From Bacillota bacterium (GTDB lineage: Bacteria; Bacillota; Dethiobacteria; Dethiobacterales; Dethiobacteraceae), in NCBI GenBank assembly GCA_033549345.1, contig JAWSUT010000041.1, forward strand, positions 1 through 18,214: 18,214 nucleotides of DNA, given 5' to 3'. Below the pieces are notes generated by a model that ran no database searches, had not been told where the DNA came from, and was given only the letters and a program-made list of their open reading frames with translations. Of this stretch, positions 1 to 7,191 are shown one piece after another; the stretch's first letter is position 1; every line of letters starts with the position of its first letter. Both the position numbers and the translations under genes were made by a program.

Positions 1-65
1 GATTTGATGGATAACCCTAAAGTGTTACTCACAAGCTCCACACTCGCTTGGACCCAGAACCAACG

Positions 66-332
66 CTAAGAATGTTTCCATACCATCTTTGACAAAATGA
101 GCCGGATAGTCAGGTTGAATATTTCCATAAGGGCAATGAGACCCAGCAAAGGAGCACGACTGACATCCACCTCGTGGGCAGGCAGAACGAAGGAATTGAG
201 GGCATTGACCCAGTGAGACATGGGAGGTTTGCCGCCAGGAGAAATGTGGAATTTTACGGCCTCAAAATTTTGGATTGTGCTTACCCTTAGTTTCACGCTC
301 GCTCGCCCTGTAAGATTTTGTATGATTTTCAT
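66..332 (-). CDS. hypothetical small protein (88 aa), divergent from the ahcY operon
   Basis: Complete ORF in the six-frame track. There is no recognisable family signature. The upstream GGGTGA sits only about 3 nt from the ATG, so the ribosome-binding-site spacing is poor. It could be a spurious ORF. Confidence 0.25.
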   Translation of the reverse strand: MKIIQNLTGRASVKLRVSTIQNFEAVKFHISPGGKPPMSHWVNALNSFVLPAHEVDVSRAPLLGLIALMEIFNLTIRLILSKMVWKHS

Positions 333-362
333 TTATCACCCATGATAGCTCATTTAAATAGG

Positions 363-407
363 TTGAAATACTGTGATATCGTGAGATATCCAGAGAAAAA
401 TTAAGAT
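363..407 (+). promoter_or_regulatory. candidate promoter/operator region upstream of ahcY (TTGAAA 363-368; tandem GATATC palindromes 375-380 and 385-390; TAAGAT 402-407)
   Basis: Read directly from the sequence. GATATC-gtga-GATATC can form a 6-bp hairpin, or could be a dyad operator overlapping the presumed -10 region. GGGAGG at 414-419 precedes the TTG start at 428. Confidence 0.3.
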
Positions 408-427
408 TATAGAGGGAGGCTGTAAAT

Positions 428-1672
428 TTGAGTACGATTCGCAATCCAAATCTTGCCCCGGACGGAAAACTGAAAATTGACTGGGTTAGGGACCATATGC
501 CTGTTTTGAATGAGTTAGCTGACGAGTATCGGGAGAGCAAGCCTTTTGCTGGGCTTCGAGTGGCAATCTGCCTGCATTTGGAAGCCAAAACAGCCTATAT
601 GGCGAAAGTAATACAGGAAAGCGGTGCACAGGTAACGATTACCGGCAGTAACCCCCTTTCCACACAGGATGATATCGCTGCGGCACTGGTGGCAGACGGG
701 CTGACTGTCCATTCCTGGCACGGTGCCACACAGGAAGAATATGAAGAACATCTGCACAGGACCATCCAAAGCGAACCGCACCTGATTATTGACGATGGCG
801 GAGACCTGGTTGCACTGTTGCATACACATTATCCGCAGTTGATCGACAATGTGCGGGGTGGAGCGGAAGAAACAACCACCGGCCTGATCCGGCTGCGGGC
901 CATGGCCGCTGAGAAAGCGCTGAAGATTCCCATGATGGCCGTTAATGATGCTTTCTGCAAATATCTTTTTGACAACCGCTACGGAACGGGTCAGTCCGTC
1001 TGGGACGGAATTATGCGTGCCACAAACCTGGTGGTGGCAGGGAAGAATGTGGTGGTCATCGGCTACGGTTGGTGCGGAAAAGGAGTTGCCATGCGGGCCA
1101 GAGGCCTCGGCGCCCGCGTGATTGTCTGTGAAATCGACCCCATTAAAGCTGTTGAGGCAGTTATGGATGGTAATACCGTTATGCCCCTGGCAGAGGCTGC
1201 CCCATTGGGCGATATTTTCGTTACCGTCACCGGTTGTCGTGACGTAATCGACAAAGAACATTTTGTTAACATGAAAGATGGCGCCATTTTATGCAATGCC
1301 GGCCATTTTGATCTCGAAATCAACAAGCGGGCACTCGAAGAAATGGCGGATGTGAAACGTCTTGCCCGGCGTAATGTGGATGCCTATGAATTTGGAGGTA
1401 AAAAAGTCTATATCATCGCTGAAGGCCGTCTGGTGAACCTGGCGGCTGCAGACGGTCATCCGGCAGAAATTATGGATATGACCTTTGCGCTACAGGTGGA
1501 AGCGTTAAACTATTTAAACAGGAATCACGGAAAGCTGCCAAACGATGTGTTGACACTGCCTGCCAGTGTGGATGAAAAAGTGGCGAGCCGCAAGCTCAAA
1601 GCGCTGGGTGTCTCCATTGATACACTCTCACATGCGCAGGAGTGTTATCTAACCAGCTGGAAACCTGAATAG
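428..1672 (+). CDS. ahcY: adenosylhomocysteinase-family hydrolase (S-adenosylhomocysteine hydrolase or possibly S-inosylhomocysteine hydrolase), short archaeal/Thermotoga-type form (414 aa)
   Basis: The translation has the characteristic SAHH signatures: an NAD-binding Rossmann motif VVVIGYGWCGKG, plus HLEAKTA and NxxDD-type motifs. TTG start with GGGAGG 9 nt upstream. Length is about 414 aa, without the approximately 40-aa insertion found in long bacterial/eukaryotic forms. Confidence 0.9.
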   Translation: MSTIRNPNLAPDGKLKIDWVRDHMPVLNELADEYRESKPFAGLRVAICLHLEAKTAYMAKVIQESGAQVTITGSNPLSTQDDIAAALVADGLTVHSWHGATQEEYEEHLHRTIQSEPHLIIDDGGDLVALLHTHYPQLIDNVRGGAEETTTGLIRLRAMAAEKALKIPMMAVNDAFCKYLFDNRYGTGQSVWDGIMRATNLVVAGKNVVVIGYGWCGKGVAMRARGLGARVIVCEIDPIKAVEAVMDGNTVMPLAEAAPLGDIFVTVTGCRDVIDKEHFVNMKDGAILCNAGHFDLEINKRALEEMADVKRLARRNVDAYEFGGKKVYIIAEGRLVNLAAADGHPAEIMDMTFALQVEALNYLNRNHGKLPNDVLTLPASVDEKVASRKLKALGVSIDTLSHAQECYLTSWKPE

Positions 1673-1685
1673 GGGGAGAAGATAA

Positions 1686-2474
1686 ATGAGCATTCAACTG
1701 GCGATTATCGGGGGGACAGGCGTTTATGACCCGAAAATGCTGGATAATCTCGAGACACTGGAAGTAGCAACCCGTTACGGGGCGGCCCTGATGACCCAGG
1801 GTACATACCAGGACCACCAGGTGGTTTTTTTGGCGCGCCACGGTACAAAGCATGGCACGCCACCCCACAAGGTGAATTACCGGGCCAACATCGCAGCGTT
1901 GGTTAAGCTTGGCGTGATAAGGGTAGTGGCCACAGCAGCTGTCGGTTCCCTGAATGAAAGCATGCCTCCGGGAGCTATGGTCCTTTTAGGCCAGTTCTTG
2001 GACTTTACCAAGGTGCGTGAGTCCACATTTTTTGACGGTGGGGCTGCCGGCGTCGTCCACACCGACTTTACAGTGCCCTACTGCCCTGACTTAAACGCAG
2101 CGCTGCTGGGCGCAGCAAACCGTGCAGGCGTGGAGCTCCTGCAGGGCGGCGTCTATGTCTGTGCAGAAGGCCCCCGCTTTGAAACGCCGGCCGAAATCAG
2201 GATGTATCAGCAGTTGGGCGGTGACCTTGTCGGTATGACCAATGTCCCGGAAGTGGTTCTGGCCCGGGAAGCAGGCCTCTGTTACAGCACCGTGGCCCTG
2301 TCCACCAATTTTGGTGCTGGTATTTCTCCCACTGTGCTGACACACCAGGAAGTGCTGGATGTTATGGCGGAGAATGTGGAAAAAGTCCGCCGTTTATTAA
2401 TGGAAGCCATCCCCATGCTGGATGAGAAAAGAGACTGCCGGTGCGGGGAACTGGGCAGCCCGATTCCGCTCTAG
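1686..2474 (+). CDS. mtnP: 5'-methylthioadenosine (or 5'-methylthioinosine) phosphorylase, PNP family 2
   Basis: MTAP-like motifs: IIGGTG at the N-terminus, HGTKHGTPPHKVNYRANI, and TFFDG. ATG start 13 nt after the ahcY stop, with GGGGGAGAAG as ribosome-binding site. Confidence 0.85.
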   Translation: MSIQLAIIGGTGVYDPKMLDNLETLEVATRYGAALMTQGTYQDHQVVFLARHGTKHGTPPHKVNYRANIAALVKLGVIRVVATAAVGSLNESMPPGAMVLLGQFLDFTKVRESTFFDGGAAGVVHTDFTVPYCPDLNAALLGAANRAGVELLQGGVYVCAEGPRFETPAEIRMYQQLGGDLVGMTNVPEVVLAREAGLCYSTVALSTNFGAGISPTVLTHQEVLDVMAENVEKVRRLLMEAIPMLDEKRDCRCGELGSPIPL

Positions 2475-2483
2475 GAGGAACTT

Positions 2484-3536
2484 ATGGATCCGATCCGCTT
2501 TACGGAAGAGAGAGTAGAATTATTGGATCAGCGGCTGCTGCCGACAGAAGTAACGTATATATTGTGCTCCGACTGGCGCTGTGTGGCTGCCGGGATTAAA
2601 GATATGGTCGTGCGCGGAGCTCCGGCTATCGGGGCTGCCGCCGCTTTCGGCATGGCCCTGGCGGCAAAGGAGCTGTCTCTTTCCTCCCGGGAGTCTTTTT
2701 TTGACGGCCTCGCCGACGCTGCCGAGGGCCTAAAAGCGACCCGTCCCACAGCTGTCAACCTGGCCTGGGCGGTGGAGAGAATGCTCAGTGTGGCAAAAAC
2801 GCAAACAGGGACGTCTCCATCTGACATCGCGGCGGTTCTTACTGCAGAAGCCAAACGTATTGCAGCAGAGGATCTGGTGGTTAACCGTAAAATCGGTGAC
2901 TACGGGGCGGAGCTGGTCCCGGATAACGCCCGTATCCTGACCCATTGTAATGCCGGTGCTCTGGCCACTGTGGGCTACGGAACGGCTCTTGGCGTCATGC
3001 GCAGCGCCGTCTCCCAGGGGAAAAAGATTTCTGTTTTTGCCGATGAAACCCGGCCGTATTTGCAGGGAGCCAGACTGACTGCATGGGAGCTTTACCGGGA
3101 CAATATTCCGGTCACTCTCATTGCCGACAACATGGCGGGATTTTTAATGAAGCAGGGGGAAATTGACCTTGTGATTGTAGGTGCGGACAGAATTGCTGCC
3201 AACGGAGATGTAGCCAATAAAATTGGTACCTATTCCGTGGCTGTGTTGGCTGCAGCGCACAATATTCCTTTTTACGTGGCGGCGCCATATTCCACCTTTG
3301 ACCTGTCTCTGAGAGACGGAGATGAAATTCCCATTGAAGAGCGCTGTGAATCTGAAATGACCCATTTCAACGGCAGGCGTATTGCTCCGGAGGGAATCGC
3401 ATGCTACAATCCTTCCTTTGATGTGACTCCAGCCAAATATGTTACTGCAATTATTACCGAATTCGGTGTAATACATCATCCCGACAACGAAAACGTCCGC
3501 CGTTTTTTCGAGGAGGCGCAAAATGGCCTCGCTTAG
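2484..3536 (+). CDS. mtnA: methylthioribose-1-phosphate isomerase (eIF-2B alpha/beta/delta family)
   Basis: MtnA/eIF2B-like translation (RGAPAIGAAAAFG..., CNAGALATVGYGTALG, GADRIAANGDVANKIGTY). GGAGG ribosome-binding site. Sits 9 nt after the mtnP stop. Confidence 0.9.
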   Translation: MDPIRFTEERVELLDQRLLPTEVTYILCSDWRCVAAGIKDMVVRGAPAIGAAAAFGMALAAKELSLSSRESFFDGLADAAEGLKATRPTAVNLAWAVERMLSVAKTQTGTSPSDIAAVLTAEAKRIAAEDLVVNRKIGDYGAELVPDNARILTHCNAGALATVGYGTALGVMRSAVSQGKKISVFADETRPYLQGARLTAWELYRDNIPVTLIADNMAGFLMKQGEIDLVIVGADRIAANGDVANKIGTYSVAVLAAAHNIPFYVAAPYSTFDLSLRDGDEIPIEERCESEMTHFNGRRIAPEGIACYNPSFDVTPAKYVTAIITEFGVIHHPDNENVRRFFEEAQNGLA

Positions 3537-4179
3537 AGAAAAGATGCTTGCTGTTATCAGCGATATGTGTCGGGATAACCTGGTGCTTGGCACCTGGGGC
3601 AATGTTTCGGTGCGTGACGGAGACAATTCGATGCTGATTACGCCAAGCGGAATGAATTACGAACAGCTGGAACCTGCCGATCTCGTACGGCTTTCGCTGG
3701 ATGGCGGCACAGCACAAGGACGCTGGAAACCCTCATCGGAGTGGCGGCTGCATGCAGCAATTTACCGGGGACGACAAGACATCAGCGCCATCGTCCACAC
3801 ACACAGTGTTTATGCGACGGCGTTTGCCGTGGCCAGAATGCCTATACCGGCGGTGGTGGAAGATCTGGTGCAGGTGGCCGGCGGCAGTGTGGATGTTGCC
3901 GACTATACACTGCCCGGTACCGATGAACTGGCAGAGAATGCTCTTTTGGCACTGGGCAATAAAAGTGCCGTCCTGCTGGCCAGTCATGGCCTGGTGGGTG
4001 CGGCACAAACACTGGAGGAAGCACTGAAAGTGTGCCGTATTGCGGAGAAAACGGCGCAGGTTGCTCTTTTTGCCCGGCTGCTAGGGCCCGTCCACGAGCT
4101 AAGTGAGGAGGATATCCGGGCAATGCGCAATTTCTATCTTACGTCTTATGGTCCGGAATACCGGGGGGAGGACAAGTAG
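3523..4179 (+). CDS. class II aldolase/adducin-family protein, L-fuculose-1-phosphate-aldolase-like (candidate methylthioribulose-1-P / 5-deoxyribulose-1-P aldolase Ald2; alternatively MtnB dehydratase)
   Basis: The translation carries FucA-like motifs: GTWGNVSVR, KPSSEWRLH, and a metal-ligand HTHS. The start overlaps the mtnA stop by 14 nt, with GGAGG 6 nt upstream. The exact substrate cannot be decided from sequence alone. Confidence 0.8.
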   Translation: MASLREKMLAVISDMCRDNLVLGTWGNVSVRDGDNSMLITPSGMNYEQLEPADLVRLSLDGGTAQGRWKPSSEWRLHAAIYRGRQDISAIVHTHSVYATAFAVARMPIPAVVEDLVQVAGGSVDVADYTLPGTDELAENALLALGNKSAVLLASHGLVGAAQTLEEALKVCRIAEKTAQVALFARLLGPVHELSEEDIRAMRNFYLTSYGPEYRGEDK

Positions 4180-5477
4180 TGAAGACGTTAATTCGCGATG
4201 TAACAGTACTTACTGTCAATGAAGACCAGGATCTCATCACTGAGGCAGATGTGGTGATTGATGGTCAGTCTATTTCGTATGTCGGTGAAAAAAAAGAGTG
4301 GGAAGAAAGCTTTGATAAAGTCATTAACGGGCGGGGCAAACTGCTCTCCCCGGGATTTGTCAATGCGCACGGGCATGCGGCTATGACGCTTCTGCGCTCA
4401 TTTGCCGATGATGTCCCACTGATGTACTGGCTGGAAAAGAGAATCTGGCCTATCGAAGCCAAACTGAAGCGTGAAGATGTATACTGGGGTACGATGCTTG
4501 CTGTATTGGAGATGATTAGGGGCGGTACCACCACGTTTACCGATATGTACTTCTTTATGGAACAGGTGGCGGAAGCGGCTAACGAATCAGGGATTCGTGC
4601 CGTGCTCTCCCGCGGACTGGTGGGAGTCGGCCATATGGCAGAACTGGGCCTTGAGGAAAGCGAACAGTTCGTCAATACCTGGCAGGGGCGGGGAGAAGGC
4701 CGCATTACGACGATGCTCGGTCCACACGCTCCTTATACCTGCCCGCCCGATTACCTCAGGCGTGTCCTTGCATTACAGGAAAAACTGAATGTGCCGATAC
4801 AGATTCACCTGGCTGAAACCACAGATGAAATCGAGCAAATACAGGAGAAATACGGTGTTACTCCCGCCGTGTTATTAAAAGAAACCGGCCTGTTCGACCG
4901 GCAAGTCTTAGCGGCGCATTGCGTCCACCTTACGGAAACAGATATGGACATACTCAAAAGTTATGGCGTGCATGTGGCTCACAACCCCGGCAGCAATCTA
5001 AAGCTGGGCAGCGGCATTGCTCCCATCCCTGATTTACTGAGCAGGGGTATAACGGTTGGTCTGGGTACGGACGGCGCCGCCAGCAACAACAACCTGGACA
5101 TGATGGAAGAGATGCGGCTGGCTGCCCTGCTGCACAAAGGCAGCCGGATGGATCCCACCGCCATCACTGCCCGGGATGCACTGGCCATGGCCACCCGGGA
5201 GGGGGCCAAAGCCGTCTTCCTGGAGAATGTGGGTCAGATAGCAGAAGGAATGAAAGCAGATTTAATTATGCTGGACTTGCACAGGCCGCACCTGACTCCG
5301 CAGCACGATTTGGTTGCACACCTGGTATATGCCGCACAACCGGCCGACGTTACACTGGTTATGGTAAATGGTAAAATCCTGCTGGAAAATGGTGAGCTTA
5401 CCACCCTGGACGAAGAAAAAATCCTCTTCCAGGCAGAGCAGCGGGCAATTCACCTTGTCCGAGAAACAAACCAATAA
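4179..5477 (+). CDS. mtaD: 5'-methylthioadenosine/S-adenosylhomocysteine deaminase (amidohydrolase superfamily, MtaD/DadD type)
   Basis: Amidohydrolase metal-binding HxH (FVNAHGHAAMTLLR) and the MtaD-like WLEKRIWPIE motif. The GTG start overlaps the aldolase stop by 1 nt (TAGTG), with a G-rich ribosome-binding site upstream. Confidence 0.85.
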   Translation: MKTLIRDVTVLTVNEDQDLITEADVVIDGQSISYVGEKKEWEESFDKVINGRGKLLSPGFVNAHGHAAMTLLRSFADDVPLMYWLEKRIWPIEAKLKREDVYWGTMLAVLEMIRGGTTTFTDMYFFMEQVAEAANESGIRAVLSRGLVGVGHMAELGLEESEQFVNTWQGRGEGRITTMLGPHAPYTCPPDYLRRVLALQEKLNVPIQIHLAETTDEIEQIQEKYGVTPAVLLKETGLFDRQVLAAHCVHLTETDMDILKSYGVHVAHNPGSNLKLGSGIAPIPDLLSRGITVGLGTDGAASNNNLDMMEEMRLAALLHKGSRMDPTAITARDALAMATREGAKAVFLENVGQIAEGMKADLIMLDLHRPHLTPQHDLVAHLVYAAQPADVTLVMVNGKILLENGELTTLDEEKILFQAEQRAIHLVRETNQ

Positions 5478-5490
5478 AAAAAATCAAAAA

Positions 5491-5510
5491 GCCTGACAAA
5501 AACGTCAGGC
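5491..5510. terminator. bidirectional rho-independent terminator between convergent mtaD and the yhcN-like gene
   Basis: A 7-bp GCCTGAC/GTCAGGC stem with a 6-nt loop. It is flanked by an A-run upstream (5476-5490) and a TTTCT run downstream. Confidence 0.7.
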
Positions 5511-5548
5511 TTTCTGATTGATCTATGTCTTAAGAAAGGCAATTCGAG

Positions 5549-6079
5549 TTAATTCGTTTCAGCGCGCATTCGCTGCAGGACTTCTGTGATTTGGTCAAAG
5601 AAGGTGGAAATTGGCTCACCGCGCTGTATTCCGCCCGAAATTTCCTCCAGCTGCCTGACGATATCAGGATTGGCTGAAACATAGGCATTAACGATGCTCG
5701 GTTCCCGGTCTTCAATGATACGTGACACTTCCTGCTTAATTTCATTCTCATTGCGCTCTGCAGCCTGATCACGTTCCAGTGTGATACCGACCATAGCCAG
5801 GTTTGAGATGACTACCACAACTGCATCATCCACACCTTCCACGTCGGTTGCCATGTCGGCCACACGGTTTGCCAGATCGTTGGCATCAGGATCCGGCTGC
5901 CCGGGTTGTGTTCGCGGAGCCGGTGCGCCCGGACGGTTTATATCTTCCGGATCCTGGCGGTCCTGTTGGGGTACAGGCTGGCGCTCGGGTGCAGGCCTGC
6001 GGAATGTGGCACAGCCGCTGACAATCATCGTAACAGCCAGAACAATACTCAGAAAAAGTAAAAATCTTCTGCTCTTCAT
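5549..6079 (-). CDS. YhcN/YlaJ-family sporulation lipoprotein
   Basis: N-terminal signal peptide with a lipobox (MIVSGC). Low-complexity Pro/Gln/Asp-rich linker, then a C-terminal domain typical of YhcN/YlaJ spore lipoproteins. AGGAGGTGA ribosome-binding site 8 nt upstream of the ATG. Confidence 0.7.
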   Translation of the reverse strand: MKSRRFLLFLSIVLAVTMIVSGCATFRRPAPERQPVPQQDRQDPEDINRPGAPAPRTQPGQPDPDANDLANRVADMATDVEGVDDAVVVVISNLAMVGITLERDQAAERNENEIKQEVSRIIEDREPSIVNAYVSANPDIVRQLEEISGGIQRGEPISTFFDQITEVLQRMRAETN

Positions 6080-6172
6080 TTACTTGATCACCTCCTTGCA
6101 GTCTAAATATAGTTTCTGAACATCAGGTCAATTTATACAGGTTTTAACCGCCAGATTACGGGTACAGTAAAA

Positions 6173-6201
6173 TTGACACACCTTTTTGCATAAATTATAA
6201 T
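6173..6201 (+). promoter_or_regulatory. near-consensus housekeeping sigma-A promoter for the surE operon (-35 TTGACA 6173-6178, 17-nt spacer, -10 TATAAT 6196-6201)
   Basis: Exact hexamers and spacing read from the sequence. GGAGGG ribosome-binding site at 6225-6230 and TTG start at 6239. Confidence 0.6.
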
Positions 6202-6238
6202 TTAGAGGAAAGCTCAACCAGTCCGGAGGGATACTAAG

Positions 6239-7003
6239 TTGAAAATCCTTTTAACAAATGATGACGGTATCTTTGCAGAAGGCCTGCAGATGCTGGCCAA
6301 AGAGATAGAAAAAATTGCGGATACATTTGTTGTGGCGCCCGATCATGAACAGAGTGCCACAGGCCACGCCATTACGATGCACAGGCCGCTGCGGGCCGAG
6401 CGGGTTAAATACCTACACTCACCTGACCTGCCTACCTGGGCAGTAAACGGAACACCGGCCGACTGCGTTAAGCTGGCGGTTGAGGCCATCATGCCCAAAC
6501 GCCCTGATATGGTCATCTCCGGCATAAACCGCGGTGCCAATCTGGGTACCGATGTGCTTTATTCCGGCACTGTCTCGGCCGCAATTGAAGGTGTAATTCT
6601 TGGTATACCCGCCATTGCGGTCAGCCTGGCAGAATACAAAGAACCCCGCTATGAATACGCTGCCGAATTTGTTTCCCGTCTGGCCAGTGTACTGCACCGC
6701 AAAAATGTTAAAAGCGACACGCTTTTGAATGTCAATGTTCCCGGATGCGGTAAAGAAAAGATGCAGGGTGTGGCTATCACACGGCTGGGTGTGCGCCAGT
6801 ACAAAAACGCATTTGAGAAGCGAACTGATCCGCGCGGTCGCACATATTACTGGCTGGCCGGGGAGCTGATGGATGTACAGGACGGCGACGATACAGATGT
6901 TGCTGCAATTAAAGCCTGTAAAATATCTGTCACTCCGATTCAGCATGACCTGACGAACTATGGCCTGATTGACAGTCTCAAAAAATGGAGCATTGAATTA
7001 TAA
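6239..7003 (+). CDS. surE: 5'/3'-nucleotidase SurE
   Basis: Canonical SurE N-terminus MKILLTNDDGI and conserved GINRGANLG / SGTVSAA motifs. TTG start. Confidence 0.9.
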   Translation: MKILLTNDDGIFAEGLQMLAKEIEKIADTFVVAPDHEQSATGHAITMHRPLRAERVKYLHSPDLPTWAVNGTPADCVKLAVEAIMPKRPDMVISGINRGANLGTDVLYSGTVSAAIEGVILGIPAIAVSLAEYKEPRYEYAAEFVSRLASVLHRKNVKSDTLLNVNVPGCGKEKMQGVAITRLGVRQYKNAFEKRTDPRGRTYYWLAGELMDVQDGDDTDVAAIKACKISVTPIQHDLTNYGLIDSLKKWSIEL

Positions 7004-7020
7004 TCAGATGAGGTGGCACA

Positions 7021-7188
7021 ATGGAAAGCCGGGGAAAACTGGAGTTGTTGGCGACACTGAAACTGAAAAACAATGATGAACTTTATCGTGTTGTTGATTT
7101 CTTAAACCGCAATCTGAAATCGCATAACCTGATGTTTGGTATGAGTAAAAACGGCGACGAAATAACGTTCTCCGTTTATGAAGTATAG
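7021..7188 (+). CDS. unannotated small protein (55 aa; MESRGKLELLATLKLKNNDELYRVVDFLNRNLKSHNLMFGMSKNGDEITFSVYEV)
   Basis: Absent from the ORF track because it is under 60 aa. It has an ATG with GAGGTGG 6 nt upstream, starts 17 nt after the surE stop, and ends 3-12 nt before the rtcB start, so it sits in an operon-internal position. No family assignment from memory. Confidence 0.4.
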   Translation: MESRGKLELLATLKLKNNDELYRVVDFLNRNLKSHNLMFGMSKNGDEITFSVYEV

Positions 7189-7191
7189 CAG

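Noticed and set aside
1-69. Possible 3' end of an upstream + strand gene. Frame 1 is open from the window edge to TAA at 67-69.
   Set aside because: Only 22 codons are visible and there is nothing recognisable. It cannot be supported.
333-427. An S-box (SAM-I) or SAH riboswitch in the ahcY leader.
   Set aside because: The leader is only about 95 nt, and no GGTGGAGGGA, kink-turn or other conserved S-box or SAH-element blocks are visible. Only the short GATATC dyad is present.
515-1261. A 248-aa ORF antisense to ahcY. Similar antisense or shadow ORFs occur at 262-588, 1063-1326, 2528-2854, 3144-3626, 3701-4027, 3842-4123, 4265-4705, 6419-6946, 7603-7986, 8631-9164, 13110-13850 and elsewhere.
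   Set aside because: Each lies inside a strongly conserved, well-supported gene on the opposite strand or in another frame. They have odd composition (Cys/His/Arg-rich or low complexity) and no ribosome-binding site.
6080-6172. A sporulation-sigma (sigma-G/sigma-F) promoter for the yhcN-like gene, containing GTATAA and CTATATT elements.
   Set aside because: No convincing CATxxTA -10 at the right spacing was found. It is left uncalled.
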